Shown here: piece by piece, positions 36,701 to 50,994 of the stretch
Layout of the letters: each line of letters begins with the position of its first letter
How positions within the stretch are numbered: position 1 is the first letter of the stretch
Source: Octopus bimaculoides
Taxonomy: Eukaryota
Direction of reading: 5' to 3'
DNA length: 64,000 nt
NCBI RefSeq assembly: GCF_001194135.2
Contig: NC_068996.1
Location: forward strand, 28,880,575 to 28,944,574
The notes under the pieces: model-generated
Databases searched by the model: none
Seen by the model: the letters and a program-made list of their open reading frames with translations, nothing else
Told to the model about the DNA's origin: nothing
Made by a program: the position numbers and the translations under genes

Positions 36701-39700
36701 ATCGTTTTTCTCAGTGTTCAAACACTTCCAACATGTCTTGAACAAACTATTTATTTTTTCTTGATTTGGTCCAATTTTTCATCATCTTAGTTCTGCATTG
36801 CAATTTAATGAATCTTGTGTTCCCACAACAAAAACACTGCTTTTTTGAACAGACACTCTTTCTCAGGTGCCTACCACCGCATGCCATACATGGGTTTATC
36901 TCCTGATGTATATCATGTTTTTGTGAAACACTTTATTCATCTTTCTACTCTTCTACACTGGTTTTATCCATAAATAATTTCTGCATTGGATTTCTTGTGT
37001 CGTGCCTTACTTTTAATATCATATCAGACTCTTCTGACAGTTTCTGGAGAGTTATATCCTGGTTCATTTCCAGCTTTGTGAGAATTTTTGTTCTGACTTC
37101 TGCATCCTTTTTAGCAGTAAGTCCCTGAGCAAAAATCAGGCACTTGAATGAGTCTGGAGTTAGTTTATCCAGTTTAAATCTCTTGCACTCTCTGTTCACT
37201 CTACCCGCATATGTGATAAAGTCTTCATCATCGTTTTTCTCAGTGTTCAAACACTTCCAACATGTCTTGAACAACAAAGTTTTTTTCACTAAACATCCTA
37301 CATAAAATATCAATTGTGTCAGTGAAATTTGTGTCAGAAACTTTTTTAGGCAATATAAACTTACAGTATTTCTCAGACTCTATTGTCACCAGTTTCCTCA
37401 GAATTAGACCAGTTTTCATTTCGTCTGTCCTGTCTTGGTATCCTTTTTGGAAAATTTGTTCAAATCTTCAGTAATATACCTCAAAAGTGATTCCTTCTTC
37501 TGGGTCATATTTAAATTCATTTACTGAATTTGCTACATAGTCTGGCGAAAACATATTTTCCGGTCTTGTTACCAATTTTTTTAGTTGTAGCATATATTGC
37601 TGTAACATTTGTCATTGTTCTTTGAGTTGTTGTTGCTATTTTTGTAACCCAACTAAACCCACCAACAAGTTTTCCACAATTTTACGGATTTTTCATAAAA
37701 TACATACAACAAAAATGTTTGTTATTCATCTGTTGAGTTTTTAGTTTCTCTACATGAAAAATTTTTCAACGATGTCCACATGAATTGTTTATTTTCTTGT
37801 AGAAAAAAAATTTTTCAATGTTGTCCATGTGAATTGTTAATAGTCTTATTGCCACTGTTATAATGTGGATCGTCATCCACTTGTATGTTGTCAGCACTGT
37901 AATATTCTTGTTGCCACTATTATGCTGTGGTGGTATTCCATGTCTTATCATCTTTGACTCATCTATTGTGCTATCATTGATAGCTCCACAAGACAACAAC
38001 TTTGAAATATCTGTCTTGACAGTAACTCAAACTCGTATATATCACATAACTGACTCCAACTGAGAACTCATATAATGAGTCTACTACTACTGACCTACTA
38101 CAATGACAAACTGCCTGACTTTATAGTTGCTGGTCATACTATTTTGTCATGTGGGAAGGAGTTTACCATGAATGATGGGAAGTAGGAGGTATAACCAGAT
38201 GCTAGATACAGTAATGCACCACTTCCAGTATCTGATCTTCAGAAGAGGCGAGGTTAGTAAAAAGAAAAGCCAAATTTACTATCTTCTATTTGGTTTCTGT
38301 GTTTATCCTCAACTATGGTCATTAATGTTGGGTAATAGCAGAAAATGTATGATTGTGAATATCAGCAACTGAAATGAGATTCCCCTGGAATATGTCTGGA
38401 GTAAAGTTACCCGACAAGGTGCATAGCTTGGAGATCAGGAAGTCTCTCCAGATTGAGCCACTACTTCTCTATGTTGAGAGGTCACAGCTCTGGTACTGCA
38501 GATCTATGATTAGAACATCACAGGAAAAAATCACAAAATAGATTCTTCAAGATGAGTCAGATGGTAGGAGACCTAGGCGTAGACTAAATTCGAGATGGTG
38601 GAATAATATCCATAATCTCAGTTGGTCACATTTGGGAATCTAGCAAGAATGTGCAACAACAATTGCTTCTGATAGGACCCTATGGAGGAGAAGCCTGAGG
38701 ACTCTATCCCCATGACCCTCCCAGAAAATGGTAGGCTGAGATGGATGGATTTACACTATTTTGAATGATAATATGTATATATAATATGTATATATATATA
38801 TAATATATATATATATATTGGCTCCCCATGCTGGTGGCATGTAAAAAGCACCCACTACACTCTTAGAGTGGTTGGCATTAGGAAGGGCATCCAGCTGTAG
38901 AAACATTGCCAGATCAGATTGGAGCCTGGTGCGGCCTCCTGGTTTGCCAGTCCCCAGTTAAACCGTCCAACCCATACCAGGATGGAAAACGGACGCTTAA
39001 CAATGATGATGATGATGATGATGATATAGTGCAAGATAGACAGAGAATATTTAAAATCTATTGCATGTGTATGCATGTGCATATATGTTTGCATGTATGT
39101 GTATACGTGTGTGCATATATATGTATAGGCACACATATTATTTAGCAGAATTGGAGAGGAAATGCCAGGTATGGAATCAAAACCTGGTATCAAAGGGCCT
39201 TAAAGTTAACCTAGTAAAGACCAGAGTTATCAGTAAGAAAGAAGATAAAATTCTCTTTCCATTAGGTAAATGGCCCTGTTCAGTATGTAGGAAGGTTGTA
39301 AGAAATTCCATTCACTGCACCCAGTGTAAACTATGGACACATAAGAGGTGCAGTGGAGTCACTGGTAGATTAACAGATAAAGTCTTCTTCGTATGTGGCA
39401 GATGTGTAGGAACAATAAGCACTAAGGAGCACACGGGACTTAGATGGTCTCAAATGCCCAGGAGGCTCACTTGAGGTTGTAGATCGTTTCTGTTACCTAG
39501 GTGACCAAATTAGCAATGGTGGAGGATGTTCTGAAAGTATTGTTTCTAGAATAAGAATTGGGTGGAGGAAGTTCAGAGAGCTATTGCCTCTGTTGGCAAC
39601 AAAAGGACTCTTTCTCAGAGTGAAAGGTAGACTATATGATGCTTGTGTACAAACAGTTATACTCCATGGTAGTGAAACATGGGCTCTGAATGCAGAAGAC

Positions 39701-42700
39701 AAGTGTAGAGTGGAGGGAAATGAAGGTAGTATGCTCCATTGAATGTGCATGTATGAGAAAGTGCAAATGTATTGAGAGAAAAGTTGGGAATAAGAGAAAT
39801 CAGGTGTAGCATGCAAGAGAGAAGACTAGGTTGGTTTGGACATGTGATGCATATGAATGAGGACAGCTGCATAAAGAAGTGCCAATCACTGAAAGTGGAT
39901 GGTACCCGTGGAAGAGGGAAACCCAGGAAGACATGGGATGAAGTGGTAAGGATGTTAGGATGTTGGGCCTCATGGAGGAAATGACAATGGACGGAGATGT
40001 CTGGTGATATGAGGTTCTTGAGAAGACCTGTCAACATCAGCGAAACTGAGTTCTAGAAGCGCTGTGTCCCCCACCTACACTTAACAAGAAAACTTCACAC
40101 ACACTCTACCCCAACAAACCAAACTACATCTCTTCCTTACATTTCCACTTCATGCACTATGCTTACCTCCCACTTCCCAATCCTGTCCTCTTGGCCCTGT
40201 ACCACTGTATCATTGCTATCTGCAAGCCCCCAAATTGTGTGTTCCACTCACATGTAACAAGAAAACTTTTCACACCCTACCCCAACAAACCAAACTACGT
40301 CTCTACATCTCTTCCTTATATTTCCTCCTTCATACACTATGCTTACCTCTCACTCCCCAATCCTGTCCTCACAGCCGTTTCTCTGTATCATTGCTATCTG
40401 GTAGCCTCACCACCACCACCACCACCACCACCAGTACTCTATATATATCCAGGTTTTCACCACTCCCCCTCTGCACTCTGAAATCACGCTTCTTTGGCAA
40501 TATCCTGCCATTTATATTATGACCTTCAAACCTCAAGGGTATGCCCCTGGCACTTGCCAACATCTATATTTCTCTCTGCCTTTACTTGACCATCCCATTT
40601 ATATTCTGATCCCCGTCCCTTGTGAGTATGTCCAGCACTTTGCCACCATCTCTATCCTGCTGTCTTCCATTCTCTCTCTTCTTCTCTTGCACTCTTCCAA
40701 TGCCCCCTCCCAACTCAAAAGATTTTTGTCTTGCAAGTTACTTGGTGACCCTGACAGTGCCAGTGTCACTTAAAAAGCATCCAGTCCGCACTGTAAAGTG
40801 GTTGGCATTTGGAAGGGCATCCAGCTGTAAAAACCTTGCAAAATTGACCTCATTTGTGCTTGTGCCACATAAAAAAGCACTAAGTCCACTCAGCAGGGTG
40901 GTTGGTGTTAGGAAGGCCATCCAGTTGTAAAAATCCTACCAAAACAGTCACAGAAGTCTGCCTGGCCAGTACCTGTCAAATTGTTTCACCCAAGCCAGCA
41001 TGGAAAGCAGATGTTAAATGATGATGATGATAATTATGATGTATTTACGTATTTAATATATTCATATCTCTATGTCTGAACTCTTATACTGTATTTATCC
41101 GGTGACTTATTCATGGATGTGCACATAACATCCGACTATCAACCTTTATTTTTAAAACTAAGGATAATAGCATTCTTATCTAGTAAGCCACTAACACCAT
41201 GTAAAATAGTCAATAAAATTAAAGGATAAGAATTGCATCATTACCTTTGAAAATTTCAGACAATCTTTTTCATTTTCATCATTAATATCAAAGTCATACA
41301 AGGCCTTCACTTGGGGCACAGATGAATTAAAATTATTAACCACCTAAATGTTGTAGAAACAAAAAACATATATAAAATTACATAGTAAAATAAAATTTTT
41401 ATATTATAAACAGAGCACATGGCAAAGAAATATTCTCTCAGCAAGCTATGTGATGCAATGTAACCATAATGAATTCAAGTAGTAGGTCTAGAAATAGGTT
41501 TCATCTCACCCTCTCAAAAGGGTGCTATCATGCGAAGTATAAATATAAAATAACACAATAAAATATATACAAAATATGATTTTAGAGAGTAATATATATT
41601 CTAATATGTTAAGAAATGATCATTTATTATGGAACATTCATTTCAGTAATATATCCTATCCATCCACTGCTCAAGTATACTAGAAATAGCAGCCAAGTCT
41701 CAAATTACACTCAGATGTATTTAAGAAAGAAATGATAGATGAGATAAAAGAATCCCAGATATACAAAAGGATCATGATCATGTTGAAAACATCTTTGATC
41801 AAGGGTATGCTCAATCAGGACTATCTAGAAGCTAAGTAGCAACACTATCACCAGAGAAAGACATGCTGGATAATTCAGTCTGGGAAACTACATTTGAATA
41901 ACAGATGGATTGGTTACAGCTGGAACATTTATGACTGAAGTTCTGCTTGGTAAGGGCTTGTGTGGAGCAAAACAATAAAAACAACATGATACACAAGAAA
42001 GGAATTCTTAAAGGTAACTCAACTAACCTGGACGTAACTGGATGGAAAATAGCCTTCTTGACCATCAAGTTTCCCATGGTACCAATTTTGATCAACTTGG
42101 TGGCAAATTGTAATTATATCACCCTTTTTAAATGACAAGTCTCTGAAAAAAGAAAAGAAAACAAAAAAATTCAAAATTAAAAAAATCATTTAAATGATTG
42201 ATAAATATGGTTAAGAATTTCATTTAGCCATCATGAGAACACTAACACGATCCCACTGGGCAGAAAATTGGTCATGCTTCTTCAACTAAAATTTTGGATG
42301 GACTGCAACTTCAGTTTGGCAGCCCGACTGATAGTGACATGCTAGAAATAAACTTCTTGGTACACAGCCATGCACACATATACACTTGTTCACACACATG
42401 ATGATGGTGATGATAATTCTTTGTATAATCCAAACAATAAGAAGACAAAGAAATTCTTTAACACATTTTTAATGATTTGCTACAATTGTTTCTGTACCAA
42501 CTCTACTTGCAATGCCAGTTTACACAAAAATTTGAAGTGAAAATTTATGTAATGTTTGCAGTTCTAGACATTAGAGCAGCACTTCATGAGACTTGCATCA
42601 AAGCTGTCACATTGTGTGTCTTCCAGATACTGATTTTTTGGTTTATATGAGGAGGAAACAGAAAGTAAATAAAAGTGTGGTTATGGGATGAGTAAGTAGA

Positions 42701-44231
42701 GTAGAGATCATGGCAGTCAGGGAATGAGGAGGAGGAAGAGATGAGGAAGAAGAAGCAACAGCTAATAACATTAAAAAATTAGGTAACGCCATATATAGCA
42801 AATGACTTTGTCTGGATTTAGGTTTTCATAGTGGTCGGTCAGTAAAACTATGTCACTGGCACCAAATTTCATTTGATGTGTGAAAATTTATTTGACAAGA
42901 CATTCACCAGCAACAATGGAAAGTGAAAAAGCAATTCAACTGATAACTGACAATTGTTCAGGAATAAAAAAAATAATGAGGATACATGTGATGCTTGTGG
43001 TGGGGAAGTAATGTGGTAAGTGGTAGGATGATATAAATCACCTACTAGCTATCATACCTATTCTGTGACCTTAGAGTGTGTATGCAAGGGAAAAGAAATG
43101 CAAAAAATGAAAAAGAGGGGGAAAACTAATAGCAGTAGGTGTGCCCTAAAAAGTTAAAGCAGAGAGAATTCAGAGTTTAATTGAAAAGTGGTCAGGAGAA
43201 TTATAAACTATGTTAGCTTGAACAAATATGGCTTAGGTGAATTGAAGATATATAAATGAATAGAGAAAATATATAGAAACCAAATATAGAAACTATGAAT
43301 AAATAAATAAATAAGATGTATAGATTGAGAATTAATACTTAACAAGTAATACATAAATAACAGCTCTATGAAGGAGACTGAGATTAAAAGGGATTAGGGT
43401 TAATATATAGTGTATTTCATTTGTATTATCATATTTGGATTATAACTTACTCTTTGCCAAATCTACATTATGGTGAGACCATTGTGAAACCAAGATTTTC
43501 TACACTTGAAGAATTCCAGGATTGGTCTGGAACTCAACAGTGTTGATAGCCCAGTATTTGGGTTGAGTGCTTCTCTGGATATATCCTACCTTTATACCTT
43601 ATAAGGACCTAAGATATAATTCTTTTTATTATTTTATAATTGGTTCTCGAAAAGAAACAGTCAATCCAGAAAGGATTTTCAATCCAATATTTACATCCTA
43701 TTATTTATAGCTTCATAGGTACTTTGAGAACTAATTAAAAAGAAAGAAAAAGAAGAAGAATTATTGAAGAACTGCCACTCTAATGCTGAAGGCTGCTGCA
43801 TATATTACATAAATTTTCACATGGAACTTTTGCATGAACTGACATGGATAACAAAGTTGGTAATAAAACAATTGTAACTGGTCATTAAAAATATGAAAAA
43901 CACTTTCTTTTGACTACCATCATTTAGTGTCCATTTTGTACAGATTTGATGGAGCTGGAAAGCCAGAAGCCTGGACCAGGCTCCACTTGTCTGTTTTGGT
44001 ATGGTTTCTACAGCTGGATGCTGTTCTTGCATGTTGTTTTTGGGTGGTTTAGCACAAGTGCTTTTTATGTGGTACCAGTACCTGCTAGGTCACCAAGTAG
44101 TTTGTAAGACAAGAATGCCTCAGCTGAAAGAGGGAGAGGAACCGAGAGAAATAGCTGTTGCCAGGGACAGGGATAGTTGTCTTATTATAGAGGAGATACT
44201 TGGCTACACCAGTAGGACAACAAAGTGGAAG

Positions 44232-44272
<41 letters not shown>

Positions 44273-44718
44273 CTTACTCACAGCAAATGGGGGTGGGGGA
44301 GTATAAGTAGCACAGATGAAATAGGGTGTGAGGGGGAGATATTTAGAGATAGCAAATGCAGTTGAGAGGAACCGGAGGAGCCTGCAGTGGGTAGTGAGGT
44401 TTTGGGGGAAATGGGCTGTGGGTGAGTTTTGCTAGAGGACAGAATTGTGTGTGATGGGGAAGGGGTTGGGTGTTATGACTACAAAAGATACACCAACACC
44501 AATTTACATGCACACACACACACACATATATATATATAACTGCACACACACACACACATGCACAGAGATATGACTGTGCTATTAACAAGTGTTTTCTACT
44601 AGAGCCACAGGCTGAAAAATGATGTATGAATGAATTTGACAGCTGGNNNNNNNNNNNNNNNNNNNNNNNNNNNNNNNNNNNNNNNNNNNNNNNNNNNNNN
44701 NNNNNNNNNNNNNNGTTC

Positions 44719-44779
<61 letters not shown>

Positions 44780-45560
44780 CTTGGGGCAGTTTTCTACCTG
44801 GCTGGTCCCTATCAACTGTCTTACCCATGCATGCATGGAAGACAGACATTTAACAATGATGATGTGCTTGCATGAAAAATCGCTGAGCTACAGATGGTGT
44901 TGTCTGTAATCATTTTTGTCACAAAAACAATTAGCCATTGCTTTGCACTTTCAAAAATAAGTGGACTGAAAAAACCCTTTCTTGATAAATAGGTAAGGGT
45001 TAGTAGCGCTAAGGTCACTATAGCTCAGTAGTTTTGTAAACTTTCACATGCACACTCACTTATACAAATGTACATATATGTGTGTATATTATTTGAGACA
45101 CAATATATGTTTTTGTGTGCTGCTAATAGTTTCTTGTGCTAAGAACATGCCAAATAATGAATTATAACATGTGTAACATCTTCACACAGTCATCAGACAC
45201 AAACCACATAGCATAATGAACTGAAAACTGAATGAGAGAAGAAACATGAAAAGTTCCACTGTGCAGAACTTCGGCCAAAGGCTTTCTACTAGAGCCACAA
45301 GCTGAAAAATGATGTATGAATGAATTTGATACCTGGAAACTGTACAAAGCTCATTGTGTGTGTGTGTGTTTATTTATAGATATAGATAAGTCTAGGAGTG
45401 GCTGTGTGGTAAGTAGCTTGCTTACCAACCACATGGTTCTGGGTTCAGTCCCACTGCGTGGCACCTTGGGCAAGTGTCTTCTACTATAGCCTCGGGCCAA
45501 CCAAAAGCCTTGTGAGTGGATTTGGTAGACGGAAACTGAAAGAAGCCTGTTGTATATATG

Positions 45561-45597
<37 letters not shown>

Positions 45598-46185
45598 TTG
45601 TGTGTCTGTGTTTGTCCCCACAACATCGCTTGACAACCGATGCTGGTGTGTTTATGTCCCCGTAACTTAGCGGTTCGGCAAAAGAGACCGATAGAATAAG
45701 TACTAGGCTTACAAAAGAATAAGTCCTGGGGTCGATTTTCTCGACTAAAGGCGGTGCTCCAGCATGGCCACAGTCAAATGACTGAAACAAGTAAAAGAGT
45801 ATACATTCACAAACGTGTGTGTATACATATAGCACTAATAAAATAAGATTATGAGGCAAGAAGTAGACAAAAAATATGAAAAAGGGCTACTAAAAGTTTC
45901 AGGCTGTAGAGATACAATAATTTGGCAGATTTATATAACATGCCATGTGTCTCTAAATAATCTTTCAGGCTTAGTGCATATTGTTAGACCTATTTGAAAA
46001 CCAGGATGCTGGTCCATGAGAAAACAGGAGAAAAAAATAAAGAAATACACGAAGAAGGTTGACGTAAAGAGGATGAAGATCTTGGTTTTTCCTTTTTTTC
46101 CTTCTTCTTGTTCCATCTATACATACACATATTTATATTCATGTGCGTGCACACACACATACATATCCATCATCAACTAACATCA

Positions 46186-46231
<46 letters not shown>

Positions 46232-46622
46232 ACGTTGACCACTCACGTGGACATTTAATGTGCTAGAAATAGATCAGTGATCTATTTCTAGCACATTAAA
46301 TGTCCACGTGAGTGGTCNNNNNNNNNNNNNNNNNNNNNNNNNNNNNNNNNNNNNNNNNNNNNNNNNNNNNNNNNNNNNNNNNNNNNNNNNNNNNNNNNNN
46401 NNNNNNNNNNNNNNNNNNNNNNNNNNNNNNNNNNNNNNNNNNNNNNNNNNNNNNNNNNNNNNNNNNNNNNNGGTCAACGTTATATATAAAAATATACTTT
46501 AATCCCCTGAGATCGCAGATATTGTTTCTGAATCTCTTTGATTCTTTAAATGTGCTAGCTTCCTGGTAATAAATCGATATTAATTAATATGTGATTTTTT
46601 TACCATACATACATACACACAT

Positions 46623-46701
<79 letters not shown>

Positions 46702-49700
46702 TTTATATATATATATATATATATATATAGGTGCAGGCATGGCTGTGTGGTAAGAGGCTTGCTTCCCAACCACATGGCTCCAGGTTCAGTCCCACTGTGT
46801 GACACATTCGGCAGTGTCAACCAAAGCTTTGTGAGAGGATTTGGTATACAGAAACTGAAAGAAGCACATTGTATACATAAATATATGCATATATGTATGT
46901 GTGTGTGTCTTTGCGCCTGTGTTTGTGTCCCAGCACTGCTTGACAACAGGTGTTAGTGTGTTTAAGTCTCTGTAACTAAGCACTTCAGCAAGAGACCGAT
47001 AGAATGAGTACTAGGCTTTAAAAAATAAGCCCTGGGGTCGATTTGTTTGACTAAAACTGTTCAAGGTAGTGCCCCAGCATGGCCACAGATAAATGACTGA
47101 AACAAGTAAAGATAAAAGATATATATATACACACACAAGGTATGGTGTATGAATTTGCCAGCCTATTGTGTTCTCACAGCATTTTACACATGAAACTAAT
47201 AGTAGCTCGTATTTAAGCTACTGTCTATATTAAATGATATTTACCTTTTTTTGTTGATCCCACTAACATTGAAACAGTAACACACACACACATATACATC
47301 TATAAATATACACATATCTTTTACCTTACACTTGTTTCTGTCATTGGACTGCAGTCATGTTGGGGCACTGCTTTGAAGGGCTCAGTTGACTAAATTGACC
47401 CCAGTAGTTACTTTTTAAGAACGGAACTTATTCAGTCTCTTTTTGCCAACCAAAGTTGCAGGGACATAAAGACGCCTACATATATACATATATCTCATGA
47501 TTTTAATTCAGCAGTCATCACAATTGTCTGATGAATGGGAATGTGAAACTCTGAGTAACAGTCTTGTGAAGATAACAGTGGGATAGAGATAGATGTCTTG
47601 CTATAGAGGAGATACGTCGCTTCCCATATAGGAATAGAAAGGAGAGATAGAGTTAGAGAGAAAGATGGAAACAAACAGTGAAGGAGACAGAAACAGAAAT
47701 ACATGGTGTTGGAGATGCATGGGGAGATGCAAGGTATAGTGGAATGTTCCTTAAGAGTGCAAAGGGGAGATGTTGAGAGAATGGGAAGAGGTAATTGAAG
47801 CAAGTGATAGCAAGAAATATTGGAGTGGCTGAGAATGGAGGTATGGCAGATATATGAGGACATATGGAGTGTGAAGGAGAGTGGAGAGACCCGCAACAGG
47901 TGGTGATCATGGATGGGGTAAGGGGTGTTGGGAAGAACAGTCGTGGGGAAACTTTGACAGGAGACAGATTGTGTATGGGTGTATGTGTGTGTGTGTGTGG
48001 GGTGTGTGCATGGTTGTAAAAGAATGCCTGTATGTATGGCCATGATTTTACTTAGCTTGATATGTAGTTTCAAGCACAGCAAATTGCCAGATGTCAGGGT
48101 CCCTTGTCATCTCCTATATAAATATATATAAAATGTTATAATAAAAACCATGATTCTTGTTACATACAGGTACCCAGGGTTTCCTGGTCAAAACAATTAA
48201 TTTATTTCATCATTTTTCAAACTGATAACAAAACCGTATGTAACAATTGTGATTTTATTATTATTATTATTTAAGGTGGTGAACTGGCAGAATCGTTAGC
48301 ACACTGGATAAAATGCTTAGCAGTATTTCACCTGTCACTACATTCTGAGTTCAAATTCTGCTGAGGTCAATTTTGCCTTTCATCTTTTCGGGGTAGATTA
48401 AATAAGTACCAGTTACGCACTGAGGTTGATGTAATCAACTTAATCCCTTCTCTCAAATTTGTGGCCTTGTGCTTCAAGTAGAAAGGATTATAACTTTATC
48501 TCTACTCTCTTAGCTGATTGAATGCTATTCTATTTGTTGGAGTTGTACCACGTAGTTATATATACATATATATATATATATATATACAAACACACACACC
48601 ACACACACTTAACTAATAGTCATGTTTTCTTTGCATTTAGAAATGGATTGGCTTTGGGAGCAGCATTCTCAAGTGATGTTAAAGCATGATCATCAAGGCA
48701 AATGATGTCACCTGTCAATGTATTCCAATGATGTTACACAGTTCAAGAGATGGTTAGTGATTCCAAGTATGTTAGGTCCTATGTTGCTGACAGTAAGATT
48801 GGCATTCTTATAAACAATTGAGTAACCTGGAATGCCTATAAATAGCTTCAAAATTCAGTATCAATCAAATATTTCAAAGTGAACATAGTTTGTCTTACTC
48901 AGGGCATGTGTAGAGTGCACTTATAGAGCTGAAACCTAAACAATGAAGAAAAAGCTTCAAGATCACCTTGATGGTAAGTCAAGGTACCGTGATGGATGAC
49001 AGCTTGAAACATCACATAGCATGATCATAAGATCAAACAGAAGATTTATGGACACATTCCATCTATCTTGACTTTTACTACTCAATCCAGGTAAGTTTTG
49101 CAAACCACAACTATGTCATGCTAAGAAACATGCCATATTGGATGCTATATTTTGGACACTTGTACACTCAAATAGAGGAAGAATATTACTCAACTACAGA
49201 GCCTCACAACATGAAACAGAGATTCTTGGCACAACATTGTGAGAGGCATTTTGGTTGCAGATACTTGTACAAGATGAATACAGAGAAGTAACACTTCTTT
49301 TTCAATGTAAATACATGCCAAGCCTAATACAGTGAAGGATGAAGATGATGGAAATTAAAGAGTGGGAAAGAGGATGAGGGAAAGGGAAAGTGAGAGAAAG
49401 AGACAGTGTGGAATGTCAACAGGTTACAATCCAAATACATTTGTTTCCTGGAACTAGAACATCTGTCAACAGATTACAAGTCAAACATAAACACTCGCTC
49501 ACTTTGTCTTTCAGCGCTATAAACATCTGTCAACACATTATACTTCACATACAAATATACAGAGTTATGTTGACATCTTACACACACATAAACACACAAG
49601 CGCCTAAATAAATCTATTAACAGATTACACACAACACTCACTAACACAAGCATACACACACACACAAATACAAACCTATGTAAATATATTATACATTTAT

Positions 49701-50588
49701 AAGTCTCACCACCCACAAAACTCTTTAATGAATATCTGAATCACAAACGAAGGCCAAAGAAGCCTATATTTAGGTTGTTTTGCTTCAAAAGGGTTCATAC
49801 ACCCCTCCATACCCACCCTACACATCTTGGAAAATTGTTATTTGACCAATGTAAGTTTGATGGTGACATATGTGGAATGCAGGAATTCCATTTTACAAAT
49901 TATTTTTAAGTTTAAAAACTCAAATGATGAATGAAAGCTTTGCACATAAAAAAAAGGAAAATATAGATTAAATAATGAAACAAAAATATCATTAAAACAA
50001 GCAGCAATTATTTCCAATATTGAGAGAGAGAGAGGGGAAGGGAAGAGAAAGAGGAGAAAAAATTTGTGACTGTGAGAATTCAATATTGCTGAATACTGCT
50101 TGTATGTATAGTGCTTACATGTTTGACTTAAGACAATGTATTTTAGATTGAGAAGTGATTCAATGGTTAAGAAGTTCATTTTGCAATCATGAGGTCTTTG
50201 GTTTGATTCCATTGTATGGAATCTTAGGCATGTGTTTTTTTTACCATAGCCTAAGGTTGAACTAAGCCTTTATATGAGGAACTGGTCTCCTAATCCCCCC
50301 AACTGTAATCACATAGATTACTACATGTGGAATGACTTGAGAAAGATACCAACCACTCTACCTGCAACACCGAAGCCGAGCAGTGGCCAAGATGAAGAAG
50401 ATCATCCCTGGGATACAGTGAGGAATGCATGTACAAGGTGCTAGATCTGTCTTGAGCAGCTACTTTAAGTAAACTGTTACCTCCTACTAGTTGATAATTT
50501 TTTGATTTTTTAAAATACTTTTATTTTTAGATGAGATAAACGATCAAATTTAGGTTGAACATACTGTATGTATGTTTGTATGTATACA

Positions 50589-50619
<31 letters not shown>

Positions 50620-50955
50620 GATACAGGGATGGCTGTGATTTAGGAGCTCACTTTGCAACCATGTTGTTTCAGGTTCAGTCCCATTGTATGGCACCTTGGG
50701 TAAGCATCTTCTACTAAAGCCCCAGGCCAACCAATGTCTTGTGAGTAAAGTTAGTAGATAATAACTATGTGGAAGCCTGTCATATATACAGGATACAATG
50801 GGTAAATTGTTGACAACACAGTATAGTAGGGTTGGTTGGGCACCGTGTGTGAGAAAAACAACACCATGATGAACGTTGGATGCCATCAGTTCCTCCTGGC
50901 CAAAGCTCCATTCACTTTGGTGAGTGGAAAAAGCAACTCCTTGTAGGTGTTCTTA

Positions 50956-50994
<39 letters not shown>

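Larger units (their letters stand above)
34918..38169 (-). mobile_element. Defective Ty3/Gypsy (Mag-like) LTR retrotransposon with both LTRs
   Basis: Direct repeats at 34918-35240 (TG...CA) and 37856-38169. Polypurine tract at 35241-35251 and a TGG-starting PBS-like site next to 37855. Gag remnant ([20 protein letters not shown]...). Integrase H-H/C finger ([18 protein letters not shown]) and core [11 protein letters not shown]...VVVDYF...SDNGTQF...HPRSNG. No protease or RT was found. Confidence 0.9.

Noticed and set aside
40083-40400. ~170-bp tandem duplication after the RTE element
   Set aside because: Part of the pyrimidine-rich RTE 3' UTR, also seen singly near 63110; ordinary repeat variation.
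44591-45360. ~55-bp near-identical direct repeat (44592-44646 / 45282-45336)
   Set aside because: One copy abuts an N gap. It is most simply a small local duplication or scaffolding overlap with no functional signal.
45394-45470. tRNA-like A/B boxes as a tRNA gene
   Set aside because: The head continues into a repeated SINE body found many times in the window; no clean cloverleaf.
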